In this document: one piece after another, positions 36,722 to 46,655 of the stretch
Layout of the letters: every line of letters begins with the position of its first letter
Position numbering within the stretch: position 1 is the first letter of the stretch
Translations under genes and position numbers: made by a program
Notes under the pieces: generated by a model
What the model was told of the DNA's origin: nothing
The model's input: the letters and a program-made list of their open reading frames with translations, nothing else
Database searches by the model: none
Virus record (IMG/VR): IMGVR_UViG_3300020048_000105
Span: 1 to 64,000 of that record
Origin: a virus
Lineage: Duplodnaviria > Caudoviricetes
Reading direction: 5' to 3' (one strand)
DNA length: 64,000 nucleotides

Positions 36722-38698
36722 CTAATTGCTCCACGGTGGTGTATATGAACCTAAGCTCTGGCTCATTGTTGAACTTCTACCAAACGATCCGCTTGGAGAG
36801 TACCTCTGTGTGTTGTAAGGAGTTGCAATTTGCGAAAGATCGATAGACTCTGATGGATCATCTCCATACATGGCGTTAAACGACGAGTCTTCTATGTCTG
36901 AGGACTCCTCATACTGCTCGATTAGCAAGTTTATGAGCGTTTTCACAGGTGAGGTCTCCATCTCTTCCAAGAAGTCGTAGAGCCACTCTTCGTAGTCTAA
37001 TTCTTCGTGCAGCCTCGATATGTTTATGGCACTCATTGCAATGTCGTCGTGAACGCCTAAGCCCTTCCACTTTCCGTTGCTTCCCTTGCCAAAGGACTTG
37101 AACTCTTTCACTGTCTCTATTTCATTCAGAAACATTGTCTTTTGGTGAACCAATCGTTTGCCAAGCTTGCAAAAGAAATCTTTGTCAAACCCCACCTTGA
37201 AGCCTGCTTTCTTTCTCGGAGACTTTTCTCCTGGAATTGGCTTTGTGTGGTGAGTGTGAAGAACACAAGACTCATCGAACTTTGCATGGTTAGAGAACTT
37301 GTCGTAAAAGTATTTTCCATTGAAGTTCATCTCAATTAGAACTTTCGAAATCTCATCTCCTATCTGGTCGAACACCAAGGCTCTCGTGACCTGAGCGCAA
37401 ATTTCTTCGTCATTAATGTTATCCCTATACAGTCCGACTTGTGTGAACCTGAACATATTCTTGATTGTCAACTCGTCCATTCTGAGTCTCTTCAGTTGTG
37501 CGATACTCTTTGGTTCAACTTGGAATATGTCGCAGATGTTATAGTCGCTGTCTTTTAAGTCGTCCTCGTCCTTTCCCTCACCTGTGTCAACACTAAAGAC
37601 GAACCTGTGAAGCTTGGAGTTGAACTCTTGGTTAGGGTCAAATTCCGGGTGCCACTTTAAGTTTCTATAGAGAGCTTCGTCAAGCTTAGTTCCTCCGAGT
37701 TCATGGAACACATATTCTTTTTCTATACGTTTCATGAATGCGAGGTCGCTTGCAGCCAAGAGTAAGTTAGAGCCTGTTTTATCAAAGTCGAGTCCAAATT
37801 CCTGAGCAAAGTTCTCAGGACCAAAGTCGGCTTTCATCTTCTTGGCCCACTCTTCGTCGTGACCTGGGACTTCCCACCAGTCTACTCTAATAGACATGAA
37901 TGAGTTCGTTCCCTTCTGAGATTTTTCCCAAATCTCGTAGAACACGTTCTCAGTTCCATTGGGAGTTGATGATATGATGCACTGTGAAATTTCAGACGAA
38001 GCAAGTGTAGGATAAACTGATCTCCAGAAACTTTCTGCAATACCCTTTTGGATATGGGCAAACTCATCGGCATAAAGTACGTGAATCGTAAAACCGATTT
38101 GTGCAGTTTTTGTAGTAGCTTGCGATGTTAAGAAGCATCCGTTGTCGAGCCTCATACCACCTGAACCGATGTTTACGATACCCGGCTTTAAAAAGAATGG
38201 AAGTCCCTTGAATACGTCTGTAACCTTGTTTACGATTTCGAACGATGTAGCTTGCTTGTTTGCGAGGATCGCGAGGTTTCGGTCGTTGTGGAAGCACAGG
38301 TACCATGCAAAATAAGCTGCAATTGTTGTAGTCTTTCCTGACTGGCGAGACTGCATCATGATCATGTTACGAATAACTGGAATCAAATCTTCCAACTCTT
38401 CGCTATATTCTTCTTTTGCAAGTGCACTTAAAATTTTCTTCTGATAATCTCTTAGCCTTACTGTGTTTCGGCCTTTGTCAGTGAGGAATCGACAATACTT
38501 CTCCACGAAGTAGAGGATGTCGTTAGAACACTTGTGGAACTCATCTATCTCCTCAGGCGTTAGCTGAGTGAGCAAGTTTCCGGCTTTCAGCTCTATGTCG
38601 CCCATGTGAAAACACGACAAGTTCGTGGGTATTCCCATTCTCAGTTTGTCGGTCGTTTGCTGTACGAGTTGGCTCGTCCAGACTACTGTTGTGTCCAT
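36722..38698 (-). CDS. terL: Terminase large subunit (T4 gp17-like)
   Basis: SRQSGKTT Walker A, YADEFAH Walker B, ISSTPNG, HDDIAMS nuclease motif. Confidence 0.95.
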   Translation of the reverse strand: MDTTVVWTSQLVQQTTDKLRMGIPTNLSCFHMGDIELKAGNLLTQLTPEEIDEFHKCSNDILYFVEKYCRFLTDKGRNTVRLRDYQKKILSALAKEEYSEELEDLIPVIRNMIMMQSRQSGKTTTIAAYFAWYLCFHNDRNLAILANKQATSFEIVNKVTDVFKGLPFFLKPGIVNIGSGGMRLDNGCFLTSQATTKTAQIGFTIHVLYADEFAHIQKGIAESFWRSVYPTLASSEISQCIISSTPNGTENVFYEIWEKSQKGTNSFMSIRVDWWEVPGHDEEWAKKMKADFGPENFAQEFGLDFDKTGSNLLLAASDLAFMKRIEKEYVFHELGGTKLDEALYRNLKWHPEFDPNQEFNSKLHRFVFSVDTGEGKDEDDLKDSDYNICDIFQVEPKSIAQLKRLRMDELTIKNMFRFTQVGLYRDNINDEEICAQVTRALVFDQIGDEISKVLIEMNFNGKYFYDKFSNHAKFDESCVLHTHHTKPIPGEKSPRKKAGFKVGFDKDFFCKLGKRLVHQKTMFLNEIETVKEFKSFGKGSNGKWKGLGVHDDIAMSAINISRLHEELDYEEWLYDFLEEMETSPVKTLINLLIEQYEESSDIEDSSFNAMYGDDPSESIDLSQIATPYNTQRYSPSGSFGRSSTMSQSLGSYTPPWSN

Positions 38699-38706
38699 AC
38701 CTTGAG

Positions 38707-39354
38707 TTATATTTCAAGAGGAGGGATTAATGATGCGTCATCTATCGCCTGATCTTTTTTGATTTTCTTAACGTTGTTTATGAGTTCTTTAGTTCCTCGA
38801 GTTACAACGTTACCAGCCGAGGTTGTAAGCAGACCACCAGGAGCTTGCGATGTGGCAGGGCCTAGTGCCTCTGTCTGCCTCTCTTTAACATCACTCTTGA
38901 AGCCTTTGTAAGTTTCCTTTATGGCTTCGATTGTTTGAATAAGTTGTTTGTTTAACTCTCCGATGGTCTTTGACATTCCTGAGAAAACTTCAAACATACG
39001 AGGTTGGGCCTGACCCTGATTAATTTGTTCCATCAAGGTTCTTTGCATCACCTCGTTTGTACGAAGCTGGTACACCATGCCTGACAAGGTCATGACGTCC
39101 ATGTTTATCTTGTCCTTTATGTATTCGTTCGCCGCCATCATTTCAGGAGGAATCATGAAAGTGATTGCATTGGCTATCATTGTCTGTGCTTCCTTCTGGC
39201 ATTCTTCTCGAAGCTCGACGAAGTCGACGCCTATGAGTGGCTCCGCCTGCAGCCCAGGTATTGTTTCTTCGGCATCTGGTACATTACCATCAATGCCATC
39301 GGGAGATTTGTCAAGCATCTTCTTGAGATTGTCTCTGTCATTCTTTATGCTCAT
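38707..39354 (-). CDS. Putative terminase small subunit
   Basis: Position immediately upstream of terL, helical 215 aa; sequence not diagnostic. Confidence 0.45.
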   Translation of the reverse strand: MSIKNDRDNLKKMLDKSPDGIDGNVPDAEETIPGLQAEPLIGVDFVELREECQKEAQTMIANAITFMIPPEMMAANEYIKDKINMDVMTLSGMVYQLRTNEVMQRTLMEQINQGQAQPRMFEVFSGMSKTIGELNKQLIQTIEAIKETYKGFKSDVKERQTEALGPATSQAPGGLLTTSAGNVVTRGTKELINNVKKIKKDQAIDDASLIPPLEI

Positions 39355-39419
39355 ATTTTCTTAATTTTGATAGACAGATATACTGGCTATAGTGTATATA
39401 TTCAACCTCGTTTACATCT

Positions 39420-39436
39420 TTAACAAAAGTTTAACA
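39420..39436. promoter_or_regulatory. TTAACA-N5-TTAACA direct repeat
   Basis: TTAACA at 39420 and 39431. Confidence 0.4.
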
Positions 39437-39509
39437 CAAGATGCCAAACTTTTACAGGAATCTGCATATAAATAGTATCTATGCCCTCAGGAAATTAACG
39501 AGACATGAA

Positions 39510-41216
39510 TTATCTTGATTTCGTTATGTATGGCAGCATCATGATTGGGTCTGCATTGTCGCTTAACACGAGCGAGTCTCCGTCTTTGATGAAGTACGAA
39601 AGGAGCTCGTTAGATTGTTTCTCCTCTTCGATCGTAGTTGTGTATAGACGTAAGTTAGTAAGATACGCGTCTGATTTATTTATTGTGTAACTCTTAACAG
39701 CGATATCTTCAGGGTACAGTCTAAGCGTTTCATAAAATATGTTCTGTAGCTTAGCATTCTTGTCTGTAGGGTGCTTCTTCCACACGTAAGCAGAGTACTG
39801 TTCCCATGTGTTTCCGATGTTGACAACAAATGCGTACCACTCATTGTCGAGTATCTTCTCATCCATTCTTATTACATAGGCATCATCGTTAGAATATGAA
39901 TGCCCATAGTTTATAGATATGTACTGGCTGGCATGGACGTTAACAGACATTACATGGTCTCCATAGTCGTTAACCCCATCGAGTATAGATATTGGTTCCT
40001 GTGCGTACAATTTGTAGCCAGGCTGAGTGTTCCAATCGCTCTTTATGCCGCTTAAGTCTTCGAGCACAAAAGAGTTTATGAAGCAGTGAAGCACAAGAGG
40101 TCCAGTGCTTATCTCGATAACTTTTGCATACAGGTTAAGAGCGCCCGGCCGACTTATAACTATGGTACTGTTAAGCTCGAGAGCGTCGTAGCCCTTTGAT
40201 GTGTTGATTGTCACTGAGTAGTTTGCTGATCCGTGAGGTGTGTCGTTCACTCCTATAGACGTTATGCTTGTAACATCATATATTCGTGGAGCAGACACAG
40301 GAGACTTGGGGTGAATCCAAGCTGTTAAACTTCTATCTGTTGTGGTGTATATTGTGTCCGATTGATTATATGTCACGGCATTGTACCACACAGGCGTAGC
40401 CATGTCATAGAAAGATTGTGCTACAATTGTACCATAGATACTAAAGCTCTCAGGTATGGCTTTAAGTGCACTGTCGAATGTTTTGTACTTGTCCTGTGAA
40501 GTACCATTAAATGGACTGAACTGCTTATCGTCTACAAGTTTGCTAATGTCATTTGCTATTTGTGTGCCAAAGATTTCTTCAGCACTGACAGTATATTGAT
40601 CAATAGTGTTCTGTAGTGCAACGCCCTCTCTCCTCGATGCCTGAATTTTATGCTTTGTCAAGTTAAGCTTCCATGTTGTCTCCTGGCCCATAAAGCCTCT
40701 GAACAGGTACGAAGACTCCACGTCGTAGAGCTTGTTTTCCATGGGAAAGTACACGATATCGTTCTTCTGTGGAGCCGTTCCAAAACCGGCTTTGCCCTCC
40801 CAATAATGTTTATCTATCTGGAACTCAAGAGGAACTTCATATTCCAGGCCTTGTAAATCAAAACTGTACTTGCTGTCAGGCATGTTTCCAGCCGCGATAA
40901 TGACTTTTATATCCAGCGGGCACTCGTCAACGTTGGACAGAGTGTACTCTTGGAAAATGACATCCTTTGACCTCTGCTGCGGAACTGCTCTAAACCACTT
41001 CACCGCGTAACCAAACATCTCGTTGGCTAGGCCGTTCATTGCATTGTACTGCTGAGCCGCCGCGGCTATTTTGTTCACGTCGAAGAGCGAACTTGTGCCA
41101 GAGCCAACACCTCCTGAAATTCCCTTAGTGTCGGTGTTGATTATAGATGACGAAGGAGCGCTTTGGCCAGGATTGGATGCCGAGAGATTCTCATTGTTTA
41201 TTGGGCAATCAGCCAT
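39510..41216 (-). CDS. Neck protein (T4 gp14-like) with C-terminal LamG-like domain
   Basis: PQKNDIVYFPMENKLYDV resembles the gp14 P.EGDLIYFP motif; C-terminal NEWYAFVVN...LTNLRLY. Confidence 0.65.
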   Translation of the reverse strand: MADCPINNENLSASNPGQSAPSSSIINTDTKGISGGVGSGTSSLFDVNKIAAAAQQYNAMNGLANEMFGYAVKWFRAVPQQRSKDVIFQEYTLSNVDECPLDIKVIIAAGNMPDSKYSFDLQGLEYEVPLEFQIDKHYWEGKAGFGTAPQKNDIVYFPMENKLYDVESSYLFRGFMGQETTWKLNLTKHKIQASRREGVALQNTIDQYTVSAEEIFGTQIANDISKLVDDKQFSPFNGTSQDKYKTFDSALKAIPESFSIYGTIVAQSFYDMATPVWYNAVTYNQSDTIYTTTDRSLTAWIHPKSPVSAPRIYDVTSITSIGVNDTPHGSANYSVTINTSKGYDALELNSTIVISRPGALNLYAKVIEISTGPLVLHCFINSFVLEDLSGIKSDWNTQPGYKLYAQEPISILDGVNDYGDHVMSVNVHASQYISINYGHSYSNDDAYVIRMDEKILDNEWYAFVVNIGNTWEQYSAYVWKKHPTDKNAKLQNIFYETLRLYPEDIAVKSYTINKSDAYLTNLRLYTTTIEEEKQSNELLSYFIKDGDSLVLSDNADPIMMLPYITKSR

Positions 41217-41245
41217 ATCAGAATTTTTATTCTATATATCCTACT

Positions 41246-41497
41246 TTACCAACGATTGTCAGGACAACCATCTATGGACTTTCCTGTTTCATCGAGATCG
41301 AAGTCTACTTTAACCTTTATGTCGCAGAAACACCCACATATCATGCAATTTCTCGAATAAGGATAGAAAAACTCACAATTTTCACATATTCTAATACGTT
41401 TAACGGATGTCGATTGCATTTGAGCTTTATAATCTTTATCCATCAGGTATTTAAAATACCGGCTGTAACCTGTGTATACCTTTTTTATAATGGACAT
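41246..41497 (-). CDS. Small Cys-rich (CxxC) protein
   Basis: RIRICENC, CMICGCFC, CPDNRW. Confidence 0.7.
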   Translation of the reverse strand: MSIIKKVYTGYSRYFKYLMDKDYKAQMQSTSVKRIRICENCEFFYPYSRNCMICGCFCDIKVKVDFDLDETGKSIDGCPDNRW

Positions 41498-41498
41498 G

Positions 41499-41639
41499 TC
41501 AATTGTTCTGTTCCATATAGATTGTATTGTCAGAGGAGGTAACAGTTGAACATGCTTTATTTACGGTTGCCCATGGCAATGCTAAAGTACCGTTTCCTGA
41601 TATATCATTCCCACTCGGATCTATGTAATATGTAGTCAT
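41499..41639 (-). pseudogene. Truncated N-terminus of a right-handed beta-helix (DUF1565-like) protein, 46 aa, not in ORF track
   Basis: MTTYYIDPSGNDISGNGTLALPWATVNKACSTVTSSDNTIYMEQNN*; TAATG-coupled to the upstream fibre gene. Confidence 0.6.
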
Positions 41640-44600
41640 TATTTAATAATTATGTATAATGGTGTTGGATTGAATACAATTGAATTTGGCGATGTTGATA
41701 CACCTACAGGTTGAACAGCGTATCCAGGTGTATCGGGTTGTGTGGTCGTTAAAAAACCTGTTCGATTTACATAACAAATTTCGCCTATTGATAAGTTTTC
41801 CGATGTATTTCTAAAGGTGCCAGACATTAAAAATGGATATTCAGTGCCTGCTGAATATATAGCACCTGTGTGATTTATTGCTATTGCCGGCATTCCACTA
41901 ACTGATGAATCGGCTCGAGCTGGATAAGCTCTACCATTAGAACTTATACATATCATTTGGCTTGGCGATATAGTGGTTCCTGCAACAAAATTAACAATCA
42001 TTCCTGCACCTGATGAATTTCCTAAACCTGTTGATGGATTAGCCAATTCATTATTCACATTCAACAAACCGCTAGTCCACGCAAACCCAGTGCCGATCGA
42101 TGCTTCACGCAACCTTAAGTTAATTGCACTATCTCGTGCAACAAGAGATGGATCTACATAGGTCGTTCTGCCTGCAAAATCATCATACTGCGAGGCGTCT
42201 ATATGATAAAACTCCGATAATGCAACGCTTCCTCCTTGCAATCCTGCAAGTAAATTATGAGTTCCAGCCGGAGATGGAACTATTGTACTTGTGACTGATG
42301 TTCCAATAGGAACTGGAATTGCGGCTAATCTTACCTTTCCTAAGTTGGTATTGCCTGTTCTTGTTTCCCAAGTCATTTGATATGCAATTACAGTTTCCTG
42401 TATAGGAAGTCCTGTAAAGTCGAATGATTTTACATTTTCTGCTTGCGCTAATGCTAATGAGGTGTAAATTCCACGGCCAGGAATCATTGTATATCTGGCA
42501 CGACCATAAAAATTCGTATATAATAGATACCAATTATAGAATCGAGCACTGAGATTAGCCGCCTCTGTAAGTACCCCAGCATTGTCCCATTGAATTAAAT
42601 TAGCCGCACCATACGTATAGGGAACTGATGAATCTTTCCATGCCCATGTAGAAGGAGTAGTTCTATAAAAACATGTGTATGCGAGAGTCGATCCATCAGG
42701 CCTTGCTAAAGCTGGTAATGTTTCAAACATATCTTCATCAGCTATATTTGTAGCGCTTATGCCAAATGTTGTAGATTGATTTGTGAGGCCGCCCACTGTT
42801 GGACCTGTAAGTGCGCCGCCTGATAAGTATTGAGTTCCTCTTGTGAAATGGAGATATGCACGAGTTGCAGTGTCCATTAATGACTGATGCATCTCTTCAG
42901 CAAATTGATATGTAGATGAATTTATTGCAGATGCATCCCATAAAATAGTTGCGACAGATACTGTCTGATCTCTCATTGTCCAAGGAATTGTTGAAACTTC
43001 TAAGTTCCCAAGATTATTATTGATCGTTATATAATATGTCGTATTATTAATGGGTGGATTTGCTATTTGTATAGACGCGTCTTTAGTAAATGTAAATTCC
43101 TTTCCGCCTCTAAAGTATGTCCAATTTGTACCAGTTTTCACTAAATTCAAAACATAAGTAGATGGATTAAACGTGAGATTTATCTCAGTTTCATTAACAA
43201 AACCGGTGCGATTTATGTCTACCCATTTTTTAATTTCAGTGTTGATTGATCCATCTACATAAGTTTTTGATACATAATCCGACACATCTATTGCTCCACT
43301 AGTGAATTTAAGAGTGGACCCAATCGAAGCCTCTAAAGCCATACTTGTTGGTCCGTCAAGGACCAGACCTCTACCAATAGTATATGTACTTGCATTTCCT
43401 GTACCATCAAATCCTGCAAGCGAATACGCGCCATCTGTATGTCCACTTGCCGTCCAAGATAAATTTCCTAAACTGTTATGGTCAACTGATGGTGATAACG
43501 CAAACGCGACATCGAATGCGTTATCTATTTGTGTGGCAGTATCAACTCCCTTTTCTACAATTATACGTCCTACTAAAACAGCGTGTGACGTTATTATCGG
43601 GGGCAAACTCGCAGGAGGCAAACTACCTTGTGCTGCAGTAAGACTTACGTATCGAGTCGTTCCCGCTACAATATATGATTCGGTTTCAACTTCTATCCCT
43701 CTATATATAAAATTGACTACAAAATCATTTGGATTTAATGCTGTTAATCCACCAGTATTGTCATCGTAATAGAGATTTTGATATTGTCTATTTAATGATG
43801 GATCTGACCACACATTAGGCGCAGTATGATATAAAAAAAACATAGTGTTTGCACTAGAATCAAAGGCAGGAAGGTTAAAATTATTTGCCCCTACCCATAC
43901 TATACCTGAACTGAGCGTAACACGGCGTATAGGCAATTCGCCAATATTTAATCCAGATTCTCTTCGATAACGTTGAGTTTTGACTATGGATTGATGAATT
44001 TTATTTACAAGGCCGAGCCCTAAATCTTGCCACGGCAATAAGTGTAAACGAGTGCCTGATCTAAAAATAGTGTACATTGGAATAACCGTGCTCTCGTTTA
44101 TGATTGTAACATCGGTTGTATTATGAATATAAGGTGTGCCGGAATTATAGTCTGCAACAATATAGTTTGTTACACCATCAACCAATGTAAGTGTACTTCC
44201 GTCGATTTCGAATGTTCGAATTAATCCTTGAGCATCAGGAAGCTTACTTAGATTATACAATCCGGTGTTTCCAATTACTATCGTACCTGTACTTAAATCT
44301 GTGTATGATGGAGTTATAACCATGCCAGTTGATAAGCGGTCATAAAATCCTGATCTAGTCCAAACCCCAGTACCAGAACTTAAATAATCTACTTTGGTAA
44401 AAGGCACTATTTGAAGTGCATAGCTATTAGAGTCAATGATATCAGTGCCTTGTCGCACTATATGAATTCGATTTGTTGAAGTAACTTGACCTGCTTCATC
44501 AACAATCGATATGACTTGCCCAGGCACATTTGCAGGTGGAAGAGTTACTGTTCTTCTTGCAGATATGCTTGTGTATGCAATGATGTAGTTATTTCTACCT

Positions 44601-44980
44601 ATAATTGTATAATCGGCATCCGCGACAGGAATACGCAGTGGTGCAAGAACTGCAGCGTTTGCAGTAATTACATTCCATTTAAAACCACTACTTTGTACGT
44701 GCATTGCGTCATATTGATAGAGAGGAAATGTAGGAAATGCATCGATAAGTTGGCCTGACGTTGTAGTAAGCGTAATTACTCCAGTGCCTGAATTTTTGAT
44801 TGTATATAATTTTCCTTCGATACCAACGGCTGTAGGCAGGGTGACCGTAAAGGTTCCTGATGAACAATCAATTAAATAGTCGGTTGGTAAAATAGTGTAT
44901 GTTGATGAACATACTGTATGTGGGTTTGTGATTCCACCAAGGGAGGTGACACCATTTCGGGCTACAAATTCGTTTGCCAT
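41639..44980 (-). CDS. Tail fibre protein, modular (two gp34-like N-terminal repeats, two central repeats, DUF2190-like C-terminal module)
   Basis: 1113 aa; repeated TVTLP...G..Y.I motifs; T/S/G/N-rich. Confidence 0.7.
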   Translation of the reverse strand: MANEFVARNGVTSLGGITNPHTVCSSTYTILPTDYLIDCSSGTFTVTLPTAVGIEGKLYTIKNSGTGVITLTTTSGQLIDAFPTFPLYQYDAMHVQSSGFKWNVITANAAVLAPLRIPVADADYTIIGRNNYIIAYTSISARRTVTLPPANVPGQVISIVDEAGQVTSTNRIHIVRQGTDIIDSNSYALQIVPFTKVDYLSSGTGVWTRSGFYDRLSTGMVITPSYTDLSTGTIVIGNTGLYNLSKLPDAQGLIRTFEIDGSTLTLVDGVTNYIVADYNSGTPYIHNTTDVTIINESTVIPMYTIFRSGTRLHLLPWQDLGLGLVNKIHQSIVKTQRYRRESGLNIGELPIRRVTLSSGIVWVGANNFNLPAFDSSANTMFFLYHTAPNVWSDPSLNRQYQNLYYDDNTGGLTALNPNDFVVNFIYRGIEVETESYIVAGTTRYVSLTAAQGSLPPASLPPIITSHAVLVGRIIVEKGVDTATQIDNAFDVAFALSPSVDHNSLGNLSWTASGHTDGAYSLAGFDGTGNASTYTIGRGLVLDGPTSMALEASIGSTLKFTSGAIDVSDYVSKTYVDGSINTEIKKWVDINRTGFVNETEINLTFNPSTYVLNLVKTGTNWTYFRGGKEFTFTKDASIQIANPPINNTTYYITINNNLGNLEVSTIPWTMRDQTVSVATILWDASAINSSTYQFAEEMHQSLMDTATRAYLHFTRGTQYLSGGALTGPTVGGLTNQSTTFGISATNIADEDMFETLPALARPDGSTLAYTCFYRTTPSTWAWKDSSVPYTYGAANLIQWDNAGVLTEAANLSARFYNWYLLYTNFYGRARYTMIPGRGIYTSLALAQAENVKSFDFTGLPIQETVIAYQMTWETRTGNTNLGKVRLAAIPVPIGTSVTSTIVPSPAGTHNLLAGLQGGSVALSEFYHIDASQYDDFAGRTTYVDPSLVARDSAINLRLREASIGTGFAWTSGLLNVNNELANPSTGLGNSSGAGMIVNFVAGTTISPSQMICISSNGRAYPARADSSVSGMPAIAINHTGAIYSAGTEYPFLMSGTFRNTSENLSIGEICYVNRTGFLTTTQPDTPGYAVQPVGVSTSPNSIVFNPTPLYIIIK

Positions 44981-45061
44981 AGTTTAATTTTTTTCGCTTT
45001 TTTCACTTTCCAAAAGAGAATAGGACAGTATGTCCAGATTATATATCTTTAATAGTAATTG

Positions 45062-45748
45062 TTAAAAATTTTTATTTAGGAATCTTGATACTAATGCATT
45101 GTAGTTTTGAGAAATTTCCTCATTTGAAAGAGCTCTATTATAAATTTGACATATAGCTATTTTACTATTCCAATAAAAATCATCAACATCTGAATACAAC
45201 CTACCAATACATAAATAGTCTTCACTGTCGAATAATTCTGCGTCATCTACTGTATCAATTTGTAACACACTATCAACATAGATGTAATTTATGTTATTTT
45301 TTCGTACGCCAGTTATCATATGCCATTTATTATCTATGATAATGCCATCAGCTTCAGCATAATATTTGTTATTAATAGGTGATGTCCAAAATTTATATAA
45401 ATTGCTTTGCTTCATTAAGCCATATCCATAACCTGCAAATTTTCCTAAGATTCCTCTTGTTATTTTTGAACCATAGAATGTATCATCACCATTATCTAAT
45501 ACCCAGGTTGATAAGGTAAGATCACCCGTTATTGCAAGATCAGTTGTGGGGCCAAGAATACACCCGGTCCCATTAAAATAAATAGATGAGTTATCATACG
45601 TTACATTAGCATTTAAACTCACATCATTTCTTAATGTCAAATCAAGCCAATTATCCCCGGCTTTATAACTTCTTGGATTCGCTGCATCCAAATGTAACAC
45701 TAGACCATCTGTGACTATACTATTCTGTGGACCTGCGATAACTCCCAT
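45062..45748 (-). CDS. LamG-like (concanavalin A) jellyroll protein
   Basis: DGLVLHLDAANPRSY, KWHMITGV, QIYNRALSNEEISQNYNA. Confidence 0.8.
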   Translation of the reverse strand: MGVIAGPQNSIVTDGLVLHLDAANPRSYKAGDNWLDLTLRNDVSLNANVTYDNSSIYFNGTGCILGPTTDLAITGDLTLSTWVLDNGDDTFYGSKITRGILGKFAGYGYGLMKQSNLYKFWTSPINNKYYAEADGIIIDNKWHMITGVRKNNINYIYVDSVLQIDTVDDAELFDSEDYLCIGRLYSDVDDFYWNSKIAICQIYNRALSNEEISQNYNALVSRFLNKNF

Positions 45749-46655
45749 TTTTATAACTTATTTTGTGTCCACTCATCAGTCGCTAGAATACCTATCATTT
45801 CCTCGTAGGTGTAAGGACCCTCAAAGCTGTCTAGATCAGTGATAAATCCAGGAACATTCTTATCCCACTTGATGAAGGTTTTTGACCCGTCAACCGAGAA
45901 CCTTAGAGTTTCTAGAGAAGTTTCCAAAACTTGCGAAAAATCAACTTTTGATACCTGAGAGTTTGGAAAGATTATGAATTGCCTTTGTTCGTACATAGTG
46001 TTTAAATTTTATATCGTGATCGTGTTGCGTTGAAGTTTTGGAGGACTTCTGAGGGTGAGAGTGCTCGGTTGTAGATTCTAGCTATCGAAATCGTAATATC
46101 ACTGTTATAATTCTTAGAAGACCCAAATGCTGCTAATAAAAGAGGTTGCGTTATGATTGTATCAATAATTCCAATAGCAGGTGTTTGATTTCCCTCAACA
46201 TTTCCATTTACGTAAACTTTAACATTACTTCCATCATATGTGCCTGCCAAATGATACCATATACCTGGCTGCATAACAGTAGTGCCTGTCGACCCATATT
46301 TAATTGTGTTTATCTGTATACCGAAATTAGGTAAACCTGGCGATGCTGAAGTGATGCCAGAAACCAACAGAAACTCATTATTGTTTCCGGCGCCCGTCTG
46401 CCATGTGCCAATTATTCCAACTTTATATCCTGACGCATAATAGTTATTAAATTTAAAAAATGACTCGACTGTAATTGCACTTCTATTATAATTTTTATTA
46501 TTCATTTCAGCATAATCATCTATACCATCAAATACCAATCCACCGCTATATGCTGGACTAAATGTTGGACCATTCGTTAAAACCCCGTTATTTTTACCTG
46601 CCATGTCATTCCATGCGGTTCCTGTACCTGGGTAACTTCTTGGATTCGCTGCATC
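45666..46655. repeat. Exact 23-bp direct repeat shared by the two LamG cassettes (45666-45688 and 46633-46655)
   Basis: TAACTTCTTGGATTCGCTGCATC in both, within a longer imperfect match. Confidence 0.85.
45751..45996 (-). CDS. Small hypothetical protein (fibre chaperone-like)
   Basis: 81 aa between two LamG genes. Confidence 0.6.
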   Translation of the reverse strand: MYEQRQFIIFPNSQVSKVDFSQVLETSLETLRFSVDGSKTFIKWDKNVPGFITDLDSFEGPYTYEEMIGILATDEWTQNKL

